Position numbers and translations under genes: made by a program. Below the pieces are notes generated by a model that saw nothing but the letters and a program-made list of their open reading frames with translations, made no database searches and had not been told where the DNA came from. A DNA stretch of 64,000 nucleotides from a virus. Its lineage: Duplodnaviria > Caudoviricetes. This document shows positions 1 through 8,773 of this stretch, piece by piece (within the stretch, counting starts at the first letter, position 1; the number at the start of each line of letters is the position of its first letter). The stretch covers positions 259 to 64,258 of IMG/VR virus record IMGVR_UViG_3300038549_000009; one strand, written 5' to 3'.

Positions 1-30
1 TGAGCTGCGCCGCCGGCAGGGGGTAGTCAA

Positions 31-1599
31 GTGAAGTATCTGCTCGTCCCCTCCGCGCGCGCGATCCTCCTGAACCCCGCCGACCCCGACGGGGTTCTCC
101 GTTACGTGACGACCGCGCGCCGCGTCGAGGTGGCCGGCCAGCCCTACATCGCCGTGCCCCACGGCATCCGGGAGACGACGCACCTCCGCGCGCTCGGCGC
201 GATGGTCCCCTCGCCCATCGGTTACTACTACAACTGGCCGAAGGTGGCGGGGCTCCACGAGCCGTGGATACACCAGCGCGAGACCGCCGGCTTCCTAACC
301 CTCTACCCGCGCTGCTACTGTTTAAACGACATGGGCACGGGCAAGACCTATTCGGCGCTGTGGGCCGCCGACTACCTGATGACGCTCGGCCTCGTGAACA
401 AGGTGTTCGTGTTCTCGCCGCTCTCGACGCTCGATCTCGTGTGGGGGAATTCCCTGTTCGACACGTTCGGGCATCGCCGCTTCGCGATCCTGCACGGGAC
501 CGCGCAGCACCGCCGGAAGATGTTCAATCAGGACCACCACTTCTACATCATCAATCACGACGGCTTCGACATCGTGATGAACGAATTCAGGGAGCGCGAA
601 GACCTGAGCCTCGTCATCATCGACGAGCTGGCGGCCTACCGCAACCACACCACCAGCCGGTTCAAAAAACTGCGCCGGCGCCTGCACCCCGACCAGATGG
701 TGTGGGGCATGACCGGTTCGCCCATGCCGAACGCGCCGAGCGATGTGTGGTCGCAGTGCAAGCTCGTCACCCCGCACACGGTCGACGAGACCTTCGGTGC
801 GTTCCGCCACAAGGTCGAGTCGCAGGAGAGCGCGCACGTCTGGTTGCCGCGCAAGGAAGCAGTCGACGTGGCCTACCGCGTCATGGCCCCAGCCATCCGC
901 TTCGCGCGCGAGGACTGCGTCGACCTGCCGGAGGTCGTCTACTCCGATCGGCACGCGGAGATGACGGCGGACCAGAAGCGCGTCTACAAGGAAGTGGCAA
1001 CCAAGCTCTACGCTGAGTGGCAGGGCGGCCAGATCACGGCGGCGAACGCCGGCGTCAAGCTGTTTAAACTCGTGCAGGTCGCGTGCGGCATCGTCTACGA
1101 TAGCGAGGGCCGGGAGCAGTTCATCGGCGCGCAGCCCCGGCTCGACGTGCTGATGGAAGTGATCGAGGAGGCGGCGGGCAAGGTCATCGTGTTCTGCCCG
1201 TTCCGCTCGGTCCTCAACATGGTGGCCGACTACCTGACCAAGCAGGGGCGCACCGTCGCCGTGGTCCACGGGGACGTGTCGCCGACCAAGCGGCGCGCGG
1301 TCTTCAATGACTTCCAGAAGCAGGAGGCCCCGGACACGCTCGTCGCCGATCCGGGAACTATGGCGCACGGGTTGAATCTAAGCAAGGCGAGCGTCGTCGC
1401 GTGGTTCGGGCCCGAGGTCTCGAACGAGACCTATACCCAAGCCAACGCGCGGCCGGTGCGCGAGGGGCAGGTCCACAAGACCAACATCGTGCACATACAG
1501 GGCTCCCCAGTGGAGCGGAAGATTTACAAGAAACTGCGAGAGCGCGGGTCGTTACAGGCCGCGCTCCTCGAACTCGTCGCGGAGGCGTTTAAACTGTGA
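31..1599 (+). CDS. SNF2-family (SF2) helicase
   Basis: Walker A-like DMGTGKT, DE box (IIDELA), MTGSP, C-terminal HGLNL and QANARPVREGQ motifs. Confidence 0.9.
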   Translation: MKYLLVPSARAILLNPADPDGVLRYVTTARRVEVAGQPYIAVPHGIRETTHLRALGAMVPSPIGYYYNWPKVAGLHEPWIHQRETAGFLTLYPRCYCLNDMGTGKTYSALWAADYLMTLGLVNKVFVFSPLSTLDLVWGNSLFDTFGHRRFAILHGTAQHRRKMFNQDHHFYIINHDGFDIVMNEFREREDLSLVIIDELAAYRNHTTSRFKKLRRRLHPDQMVWGMTGSPMPNAPSDVWSQCKLVTPHTVDETFGAFRHKVESQESAHVWLPRKEAVDVAYRVMAPAIRFAREDCVDLPEVVYSDRHAEMTADQKRVYKEVATKLYAEWQGGQITAANAGVKLFKLVQVACGIVYDSEGREQFIGAQPRLDVLMEVIEEAAGKVIVFCPFRSVLNMVADYLTKQGRTVAVVHGDVSPTKRRAVFNDFQKQEAPDTLVADPGTMAHGLNLSKASVVAWFGPEVSNETYTQANARPVREGQVHKTNIVHIQGSPVERKIYKKLRERGSLQAALLELVAEAFKL

Positions 1600-1618
1600 C
1601 GGGAACTCTGTCGCGGAA

Positions 1619-1647
1619 TTGACATCCAAGCATGGACCGCGTATCAT
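1619..1647 (+). promoter_or_regulatory. sigma70-type promoter
   Basis: TTGACA-N17-TATCAT, intergenic, upstream of the gene at 1670. Confidence 0.75.
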
Positions 1648-1669
1648 TAACTTCTCACGGGGGTGAATC

Positions 1670-2101
1670 ATGAGCGAAGCCGCTCAGCAGCAATCCGCAG
1701 GACAAACGAACGACGAGCTGATCGCGATCTACGTGCAGCTCCGCGACAAGAAAGACGCCGAAGCCAAAGCGCTCGACGCGCGCCTAGCTCCGGTCAAGGA
1801 AGCGATGGCCCGCATCGAACAGGTCATTCACCAGCGCCTCCTCGAGTCCGGCACGCAGGCATTCAAGACCGCGCAGGGCACGGCGTTCCTCAAGGAACAG
1901 ACCAGCGTCACCGTCAAGGACTGGGCCGGGCAGACGTTGCCGTTCATCATCCAGAACCAGCGTTGGGACTTGCTCGAATGCGGCGTCAACAAAACCGCCA
2001 CGCTCGCGCATATGGAAGCCAACAAGGGCGCAGTCCCGCCCGGCGTCAACTACAGCGCGCGGATGGTCGTGCAGATACGGCGCGGGAAGGACAAGGAATG
2101 A
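1670..2101 (+). CDS. conserved phage coiled-coil protein (possibly Gam-like)
   Basis: N-terminal coiled coil, then T..GT and PPGV motifs of a small protein usually found before SSB genes in such phages. Confidence 0.6.
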   Translation: MSEAAQQQSAGQTNDELIAIYVQLRDKKDAEAKALDARLAPVKEAMARIEQVIHQRLLESGTQAFKTAQGTAFLKEQTSVTVKDWAGQTLPFIIQNQRWDLLECGVNKTATLAHMEANKGAVPPGVNYSARMVVQIRRGKDKE

Positions 2102-2313
2102 AGCCGGCCACGCTCGAGCTGCTACTGAAATACATCGACGAGGCCATCCGGCTCAACGGGCACTCACACCACGGAACGAGCCCGTGGGCGCATGAAGTCG
2201 ACGTGCCCGCGAAGGAAATCGAAGCATTGAAACGCGAACTGCGCGATGCCATCTACAACGCGGAACGCGGAGAAGTTTACGATGGCACATACACTCACAT
2301 CATAGGAGAGTAG
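2098..2313 (+). CDS. hypothetical protein
   Basis: ATGA overlap with the previous stop; fills the gap to the next gene. Confidence 0.6.
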   Translation: MKPATLELLLKYIDEAIRLNGHSHHGTSPWAHEVDVPAKEIEALKRELRDAIYNAERGEVYDGTYTHIIGE

Positions 2314-2317
2314 ACCA

Positions 2318-3637
2318 ATGGGGACGCAACTCACTGTCATCAACGCGCCGCTGCCGGCGCATCTGCAAAAGCACTCCGAGCGCGCGAAGGCGGAAGCCGC
2401 GAGCGCCAAGGGTGGCATCAAGTCCGGCGGTTTCACGCGCATCTCGATCTCCGGGGGCAAGTTCCACTTGCACAAGGATAAAAAGTCGCGGCTGATTACC
2501 GACCCGCGCGATCCGTCGCTCCCGCTCATGAAGCTCGAGGTCGTCGCGATCCGCTCGAACCCGAACCTGAGCAAGCAGTTCTACGAGGGTGACTACTCGC
2601 CGGGCGACAACAAGGAACCCGACTGCTCCTCGGAGGACGGCATCACACCCGACGTGGCGCAGCCGAAGTCACCGACCTGCGCGAACTGCTACTTCAACAA
2701 GTGGGGCTCGAAGATCACCCCCGAAGGCAAACCCGCCAAGGCGTGCTCGGACAACAAGCGGCTTGTCATCCTGCCGCTCGCGGACCTGAACTACGAACCG
2801 CTCGGGTTCAACGTAACGCCCGGCTCGCTGAAGGCGTGGGGCGAATACGTCGAGGCGCTGGATAAGTCCGGGCGCGGCGTGTTCGGTGTCGTGACCGCGA
2901 TCACGTTCGATCCGCACGTCTCGTTCCCGAAGGTGAACTTCAACTACGTGCGCGACCTGACCGAGGCCGAGACCGACCTCGTGCTGAAGCGCGCGGACTC
3001 CCCCGAGGCCGAGAACATCGTCAACCCGAAGGCCGGGTTCCAGACAGCCCCGGCGCAGCCCGCCGTGCCGACCGAACCGGTCAAGCCACTGGCACAGAAC
3101 CATGTGCCGGCGACCGAAGCGGTCACGCTCGGCGGCGCAGGGTTCGCACCCCCGGTGGCCCCGACGCCCACGGCGCCTACGGCCCCGGCCCCCATCGCAC
3201 CGGCGTTCGCACCCCCGGTCGCACCGGCGCCCACGGCCCCGGCTACCCCGGTCGACCCCTACGCTGGCCATCCGGCCTACGTGAAGGTAGCCGTGGAAGC
3301 TGCCGGCGGGCTCGGGACGCCCTCGGGGGCGCAGGTCTTCGCCCAGTTGACCGCCGGCACTGGGGGGGCTCAAGTCCCCGCCAAGGGCCCCGGCCGGCCC
3401 CGTAAGGCCGCCGCTGCCCCAGCCGCTCCCGCCGCTGCCCCGGCCGCTCCCGTGGCCCCGCAGGCGCCCGCTGGCGCGTTCGGGCTCGCCCCGGAAGCTC
3501 CGGCACCGACGGCCCCCACGGCTGCCGCACCGGCGACCCCGGCGGGCGGCTTCTCGGCGGCGCCGGCGGCAGCCGTTGCCCCGGCCGGCCAGATGTCCGA
3601 TCTCGGCGCTCTGCTGGACGCGGCGCTCAAGGCGTAA
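2318..3637 (+). CDS. putative ssDNA-binding/annealing protein with Cys motif and Pro/Ala-rich tail
   Basis: RISI.GGKF, PDC.S.DG..PD, C..C..NKWGS, KAC motifs; located in replication module; GGAGAG RBS. Confidence 0.6.
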   Translation: MGTQLTVINAPLPAHLQKHSERAKAEAASAKGGIKSGGFTRISISGGKFHLHKDKKSRLITDPRDPSLPLMKLEVVAIRSNPNLSKQFYEGDYSPGDNKEPDCSSEDGITPDVAQPKSPTCANCYFNKWGSKITPEGKPAKACSDNKRLVILPLADLNYEPLGFNVTPGSLKAWGEYVEALDKSGRGVFGVVTAITFDPHVSFPKVNFNYVRDLTEAETDLVLKRADSPEAENIVNPKAGFQTAPAQPAVPTEPVKPLAQNHVPATEAVTLGGAGFAPPVAPTPTAPTAPAPIAPAFAPPVAPAPTAPATPVDPYAGHPAYVKVAVEAAGGLGTPSGAQVFAQLTAGTGGAQVPAKGPGRPRKAAAAPAAPAAAPAAPVAPQAPAGAFGLAPEAPAPTAPTAAAPATPAGGFSAAPAAAVAPAGQMSDLGALLDAALKA

Positions 3638-3722
3638 GGTTTCGCGGGACCACGGGAGCTAGGAGCCTGTCGGTTTAAACGAGGGAATTCGCGCCCTGCC
3701 CGCTTTTTTCTTGGAGAAGAAC

Positions 3723-4013
3723 ATGCTCGAATTCGAGCGCACCAAATTCACACGCGCGGTCAAGGAAAGCGGCCTCACTAAGACCGAGCTGAGCCTCCTG
3801 TTCGAGGTCTCGCGCCAGCAGATTTACAATCTGATCGCCGGCTCGAGCCCCCGCAGCGGGGCCGCAACGAGGCGCGCGAACATCTACTCCAGCGCGATCT
3901 GCGCACTGATCGACAAGAAAGTGCTGCCGTTCCCCGGTGCCATCGTGGGGGCGAAGCGCTACTGGTCACTGGGGAAGCTCAAGACGAAGCTCTACGACCT
4001 AGCCCGGCCATAA
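3723..4013 (+). CDS. Cro/XRE-like helix-turn-helix protein
   Basis: GLTKTELSLLFEVSRQQIYNL HTH pattern; GGAG RBS. Confidence 0.7.
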   Translation: MLEFERTKFTRAVKESGLTKTELSLLFEVSRQQIYNLIAGSSPRSGAATRRANIYSSAICALIDKKVLPFPGAIVGAKRYWSLGKLKTKLYDLARP

Positions 4014-4034
4014 CCTCGAGGCTCAGGGGAGGTC

Positions 4035-6929
4035 ATGGATACTAGCTCGTTCTTGAGCAAGGTATTGCCCGACAGCGGGCTCTACTTTGTCGAGATACCG
4101 CGCGGCGAGATGAAGGGCTTCGCGCACCACCTCTGCCAGTCAATCGCGGAGATGGTGCAGAAGGCTCAAATCTTCGACGAGGCCGGCCACACGGTCTACT
4201 TTGCGACGGCCGCCTACCGCGAGCCGTTCATCATCGTCGACGACCCGCGCAAGACCGGTCGCAAGGCGAAGCGCTCGCGCGTGCAGGCGAACGTGCGCGC
4301 GATCCGCGCGTTCTGGCTCGACCTCGACGTGGGCAAGAGCGAGCCCGACCGGCCGGCGAAGTATCCCGATCAGGCGGCGGCGCTCCAGTCGTTCGTGGCA
4401 TTCCTCAAGGAAACCCGGCTGCCGCAGCCGATGTTCGTCTCGAGCGGCTACGGCGTGCACGTCTACTGGCCGCTGACCGAGGAAGTCTCGCCGGAGAAGT
4501 GGAAGCTGACAGCCGAGCGGCTGAAGAAACTCGCTGCCGAGCGCCACCTCCTAACGGACCCGATGCGCACCGGGGACTCGGCCTCGGTGCTGCGCCCGGT
4601 AGGCACGACGAACCGCAAGGCCGGGGGCGCGCGGCCCGTGCAACTGATCCGGGACGCCGAGCCTGTAGCGCACGCGGCATTCGACCTCGCGCTGATCGGC
4701 GCGATGGAACGGTTAGGGGTGCCAGAAGTTCTCACGACGAACGAACGCATACGGAGACTCAATGACCAATTTCACGTTAAGCGAGAGCTGCCGCCTTCCG
4801 ACCATGTCCGTGTTGCAGAGCGTTGTGCGCAGATTAAAAAGATGCGCGACACCGGTGGTTGTATCCCGGAACCCACTTGGTATGCGGCTCTACAGGTTCT
4901 ACAGCACACGATCGGCGGCCGGACGATCGCTCATGAGTGGTCTAAAGGTTACAGCGGCTACTCCGTGGCGGAAACCGATCGTAAGCTCGATCAGGCCGCA
5001 GCTTTCGGCCCGGCATCGTGCACTACGTTCGAGGGCCGCAACCCGGAGGGCTGCCGGGGCTGTCCGTTCAAGGGACAGATTACTTCGCCAATCCAGCTCG
5101 GCGCGATTCTACCGGCTGCCCCTACAGCTCCAGCCGCTCCCGTGGTTCCAACCGGAGCTGGTGAGGGCGGCAGCGATGAACCGGATGTTCCGCCAGAGGC
5201 TCGACAACATGACGCTGGCGATCAGCCCGATCCTCCTCCACCCTTCGCCGTCGGAGGACCCGACGCCCCCGGCCTCTACATAAAGCTCGACGGCGATGTC
5301 CCGGTCAAGTTCTACGACCACACCCTTTACCCGACCAAAGTCATCTACGACGAGTTCGTCGGCGTCGAGCAGATCGAGGTCCGGCACTGGCTGCCGAAGG
5401 AAGGCTGGTGCACGTTCCGGTTCGAGGCCGCGACAATCGCGGACCCGAAAGCCTTCAACAAAGCGATGCGCGAGAACGGCGTGCAGCCGTATATGGACGC
5501 GCGCGTTGGCGACTTCATGAGGTATTACATGGACTCCTACATCCGGCGCTTGAAAGAGCGCAACCGCATCCAGCGGCTATTCACCAGCTTCGGCTGGCGC
5601 GACAAGGGCAAGGCATTCGTGCTCGGGAAGAAAATCTTCACGCCCGGCGGCGAGGAGACCGCCAGCGGTTCGAGCGCGAAGATCGGCGAGAATCTGGCCA
5701 CCCACGTCGGCCCGGCCGGCGAGTTCGCCAAGTGGTTCGACCTGACCAAGCTCCTGAACCGCCCCGAGTTCGCGCCGCACGCCTTCGCGTTCTGCACCGC
5801 GTTCGGTGCGCCGCTGATGGACATGATCGACTACAACGGCGTCACCATCGTGATGTATGGCAAGACCAACGGGGGCAAAAGCACGATGGCCCGGCTCGCC
5901 TCCTCCGTCTACGGGACCTCGACGTTCAACTGGATGGGCCCGAAGCCGACCGAGTTCGCGCTCTACAACAAGCTGGGCTCGCTGAACAGCCTGCCGCTCT
6001 ACATCGACGAGAGCACCAACATCCACCCGGAGATGCTGTCGATGGTCGTGTATCAGGTGGCGAACGGCACCTCGCGCGAGCGCCTGAAGCAGGACGCGAC
6101 TCCACGCGAGGTCGACACATGGAAGTCGATGCTGCTGGTCTCGACCAACCACAGCGTCTACGATCAGCTCGAGCAGTGGCGCCGTGACTGCGAACCCGAG
6201 AAGGTGCGCGTGCTCCAGTATGACTTCCCGGTCCTGAAGGAATTCGCCGAGCCCGCCGAGATCATCCGGCAGACGACGATCGACCACTACGGCCACGCCG
6301 GTGAGCCGTTCATCAAATACCTCGTGGCGAACCGCGAGCAGGTCAAGCTCGAGACGCGCAAGATGATCGAGGTGCTGGCGAAGCGCGCGAGCATCGAGGG
6401 CATGGAGCGCTTCATGGTGGCCGGCGCCGCCTGCACGCTGGTGGGCGCCTACCACGCCTACCGCCTCGGGCTGATCGCGTTCGATCCCCTGCCGCTCCTC
6501 CTCGACTGGGTGGCCGGGGCCATCGCCCAGTGCCGCCGGCGCATCCTCGACGCCCAGCGCGGGGCGCTCGGGACGCTCGCCGAGTTCTTGGACGATACGA
6601 TGTCGTGCCGGCTGGCCGTCTGCACGATCGGCAAGGATGTGCGCGCGGTGAAGCTCCCCGTCGGCTCGCTCACGCAGCGCGTCGACACCGACAAGAAAAA
6701 GCTCTGGATATCCCGGCAGGCGTTCCGCGCCTACTGCAACAAGCAGCGCGCGAACCCCGACGACGTGGTTGCCGAGCTGGTGGCCAAGGGTTACGCGAGC
6801 GGCGCGGACGTGCGCCGGATGCTCGGGGCCGGCGTGCCCGGCTACGAGGGCGCGCAGGTCCGGTGTCTCGAGATCGACCTGTCGGCGCCGGAACTTTCGC
6901 GCTTTGCCGAGGTCTCTGGTGGAGAGTAG
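4035..6929 (+). CDS. primase-helicase (AEP primase, Cys cluster, DUF927-type helicase region)
   Basis: WLDLD, SSGYGVHVYW, LRPVGT AEP motifs; C...C...CRGC; FGW, FGAPL, GKTNGGKST, IDE. Confidence 0.85.
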   Translation: MDTSSFLSKVLPDSGLYFVEIPRGEMKGFAHHLCQSIAEMVQKAQIFDEAGHTVYFATAAYREPFIIVDDPRKTGRKAKRSRVQANVRAIRAFWLDLDVGKSEPDRPAKYPDQAAALQSFVAFLKETRLPQPMFVSSGYGVHVYWPLTEEVSPEKWKLTAERLKKLAAERHLLTDPMRTGDSASVLRPVGTTNRKAGGARPVQLIRDAEPVAHAAFDLALIGAMERLGVPEVLTTNERIRRLNDQFHVKRELPPSDHVRVAERCAQIKKMRDTGGCIPEPTWYAALQVLQHTIGGRTIAHEWSKGYSGYSVAETDRKLDQAAAFGPASCTTFEGRNPEGCRGCPFKGQITSPIQLGAILPAAPTAPAAPVVPTGAGEGGSDEPDVPPEARQHDAGDQPDPPPPFAVGGPDAPGLYIKLDGDVPVKFYDHTLYPTKVIYDEFVGVEQIEVRHWLPKEGWCTFRFEAATIADPKAFNKAMRENGVQPYMDARVGDFMRYYMDSYIRRLKERNRIQRLFTSFGWRDKGKAFVLGKKIFTPGGEETASGSSAKIGENLATHVGPAGEFAKWFDLTKLLNRPEFAPHAFAFCTAFGAPLMDMIDYNGVTIVMYGKTNGGKSTMARLASSVYGTSTFNWMGPKPTEFALYNKLGSLNSLPLYIDESTNIHPEMLSMVVYQVANGTSRERLKQDATPREVDTWKSMLLVSTNHSVYDQLEQWRRDCEPEKVRVLQYDFPVLKEFAEPAEIIRQTTIDHYGHAGEPFIKYLVANREQVKLETRKMIEVLAKRASIEGMERFMVAGAACTLVGAYHAYRLGLIAFDPLPLLLDWVAGAIAQCRRRILDAQRGALGTLAEFLDDTMSCRLAVCTIGKDVRAVKLPVGSLTQRVDTDKKKLWISRQAFRAYCNKQRANPDDVVAELVAKGYASGADVRRMLGAGVPGYEGAQVRCLEIDLSAPELSRFAEVSGGE
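4762..5283 (+). CDS. candidate overprinted gene in the +1 frame of the primase
   Basis: 173-codon ORF with GGAG shortly before ATG; primase third codon positions turn T/A-rich across this interval. Confidence 0.45.
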   Translation: MTNFTLSESCRLPTMSVLQSVVRRLKRCATPVVVSRNPLGMRLYRFYSTRSAAGRSLMSGLKVTAATPWRKPIVSSIRPQLSARHRALRSRAATRRAAGAVRSRDRLLRQSSSARFYRLPLQLQPLPWFQPELVRAAAMNRMFRQRLDNMTLAISPILLHPSPSEDPTPPAST

Positions 6930-6952
6930 AATGGCAATTTTGGAGCTACAGC

Positions 6953-7171
6953 ATGAAACGCGGAACGATCATCATGACGGTAACAGTCTATTGGTGGCTG
7001 GTGCCGGCAGCGATGACGTGCGTTGCGTTGATGGCCGTGGCGAACGGGGTAAGGGATTACCTCAACGGTGACTACCTATGGAGGGACGCTGATGGACACG
7101 CTACTGAAGGCGACGGTGAGGGAATTTTTCGGGATGCTGACGAGCAAGCGGGCGACGGTGAGCTACGCTGA
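6953..7171 (+). CDS. small membrane protein
   Basis: TGGAG RBS; hydrophobic stretch VYWWLVPAAMTCVALMAVA. Confidence 0.45.
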   Translation: MKRGTIIMTVTVYWWLVPAAMTCVALMAVANGVRDYLNGDYLWRDADGHATEGDGEGIFRDADEQAGDGELR

Positions 7172-7364
7172 CAAGCGCGACGCGGGCCGCATCAGCGCGG
7201 TGCTCACGCTCATGAGCGAGCTGGCCAACGAGATGCCGGTCGTGCCGCTGATATCACTGCCGGCCGAACGAGCAGGCGCGAAGGCCGCGAAGGAAGACCC
7301 GGCGCAAGCGAAGACCGGAGACGAGAGCGCAAGACCGTCCGACGAACTACCCGGTCAAGCCTGA
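7092..7364 (+). CDS. hypothetical protein
   Basis: GGAGGG RBS, normal codon usage. Confidence 0.5.
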   Translation: MDTLLKATVREFFGMLTSKRATVSYADKRDAGRISAVLTLMSELANEMPVVPLISLPAERAGAKAAKEDPAQAKTGDESARPSDELPGQA

Positions 7365-7365
7365 C

Positions 7366-7554
7366 ATGGACTCCGGCGTTTGGCTGTTAGTCGTGCTGGT
7401 CGTCCCCCTCAACGGGGACGGCCTTATCATGGGCGGGAGCCAACCCCACCCGAACGAAGACGCCTGCCGCGCCGCGAAGGCTGAAGCCCTGAAGTTCGAC
7501 CCGGCGTGGCGCCGCGCGCAGCATTACGTCATGGCGCGTTGCACACCGAAATGA
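7366..7554 (+). CDS. small exported two-Cys protein
   Basis: N-terminal hydrophobic segment, EDAC..A and CTP; resembles 53502-53672. Confidence 0.55.
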   Translation: MDSGVWLLVVLVVPLNGDGLIMGGSQPHPNEDACRAAKAEALKFDPAWRRAQHYVMARCTPK

Positions 7555-7745
7555 CTGCAAAGGTCTACAAGTTCCCGCTCTGCTACCGGCGCCGGATGAT
7601 CTACCAGCCGGCGCGCCTGCGCTGGTATTGCAAGACGTGCGGCAAGCTCATGCCGCATCGGGAGGAATTCACTCCGCCGCCCCCGGCGTTTTCGGACGCG
7701 CAATATAGCGCGACGATCGCCATGACGGACACTCCGATCTGGTAG
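7551..7745 (+). CDS. small zinc-ribbon-like protein
   Basis: WYCKTCG motif; ATGA coupling. Confidence 0.5.
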   Translation: MTAKVYKFPLCYRRRMIYQPARLRWYCKTCGKLMPHREEFTPPPPAFSDAQYSATIAMTDTPIW

Positions 7746-7814
7746 CGGGGGCAGGGATCGAACCTGCGACCGTCGGCGTATGAAGCCGCTGCTCTGCCTC
7801 TGAGCTACCCCGCG
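7740..7814 (-). tRNA. tRNA with CAT anticodon (Met; initiator-like acceptor stem)
   Basis: Cloverleaf: CGCGGGG/CCCCGCT acceptor, GCTC-AGAGGCA-GAGC D arm, TTCATAC loop, GCAGG-TTCGATC-CCTGC T arm, encoded ACCA. Confidence 0.92.
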
Positions 7815-7817
7815 CTA

Positions 7818-7890
7818 GAAAAAGAACCGGAACCTGTGACCGGGGGGAGGGGGAGGGCAGGCTCCGGTGTCAGCTTTTGACCGACACCGG
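7818..7890 (-). ncRNA. structured tRNA leader or small RNA ending in a terminator-like hairpin
   Basis: CCGGTGTCGG/CTGACACCGG hairpin overlaps ACCGGAGCCTG/CAGGTTCCGGT hairpin followed by TCTTTTT. Confidence 0.5.
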
Positions 7891-7891
7891 C

Positions 7892-7900
7892 ATTATATCA
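7892..7900 (-). promoter_or_regulatory. extended -10 promoter for the leader/tRNA
   Basis: TGA-TATAAT on - strand, overlapping the stop codon of 7898-8764. Confidence 0.6.
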
Positions 7901-8764
7901 CGGGATAGCGCCGACCGCCGAAAGGTAGGCGCTCAGGATTGAGTAAAGCGCTGCCGCTTCCGTGCTCGTCAGGGAACCGCCGATAGAACACGCACCGATC
8001 CGGGGCTCGCGACTGACCCATGTGAACCCGGCGAAGCTCGCGCCGATGGAAAAGTTGGAACTGACCAGCGCGGTGCTCGTTCCAGTGTCGGTATCGGACT
8101 CAACTCCGTCCCGGTAGAACTGCGCCGCTGTTGCCCCCGAGCGATTGGCTAGATACATCCCGCGCACTACTGAAGATGTCGCAGAGTCCATCTGGCCGCT
8201 GCCGTTGATCCACCCGAATCCTTGAGAGCCAGCCAACACCGACTTCGGCGTGATTCTGCCGACGGTATCGCCTCCCGGAAACTCGTTGAAGTTCCGCGCG
8301 TCGAACCCGCCTGCGCCTTGGCCGTCGCCTTCACTGGTCGCAAAGATGGAGGTGTGGCCGCTGTTCTGCGTCATCACAGGCACGGTATTGAAGTCCGGTC
8401 CCAGCAAGTAGCTCGCGTTGGCGTTGATCTGGCCGTTGCCGGTGAAGCCGCCATCGGCCGTGAATGCCATGCTGTTGATTCTCGTAAGCAGCCCGAACGA
8501 CGGGTCTTTCCAGTTCAGCCGCCCCGCCTGTTCGTCGTGTGCCGCGTGCACGTAGAGCACGCCCTGCTTGGTCCAGAGGCCGGCAGCCATCAAATCGCTG
8601 ATGGTGTCATTTATCAGCGTCTTGCGCGCCTCGCTCGGTTCGACCGTCATGGCCGCGAACAGCGCTTCCGACTCGGGCAGGAAGCCGACAGCGCCCCCGG
8701 CCGTCGACTGAACGGCAGCAATGACAGCGAGCGTGCGACTCAGACGTGCACGGCGATCGGACAC
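7898..8764 (-). CDS. virion-associated beta-sandwich (LamG/ConA-like) protein
   Basis: GFTGNG...YL, ANRSGA, IGGSLT.TE...LY pattern of phage lectin-fold proteins; end of late arm. Confidence 0.55.
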   Translation of the reverse strand: MSDRRARLSRTLAVIAAVQSTAGGAVGFLPESEALFAAMTVEPSEARKTLINDTISDLMAAGLWTKQGVLYVHAAHDEQAGRLNWKDPSFGLLTRINSMAFTADGGFTGNGQINANASYLLGPDFNTVPVMTQNSGHTSIFATSEGDGQGAGGFDARNFNEFPGGDTVGRITPKSVLAGSQGFGWINGSGQMDSATSSVVRGMYLANRSGATAAQFYRDGVESDTDTGTSTALVSSNFSIGASFAGFTWVSREPRIGACSIGGSLTSTEAAALYSILSAYLSAVGAIP

Positions 8765-8773
8765 GGAACCCTC

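Noticed and set aside
7740-7790. tRNA 3' end as an attP site or prophage boundary
   Set aside because: No integrase, no second copy of the sequence, phage genes on both sides
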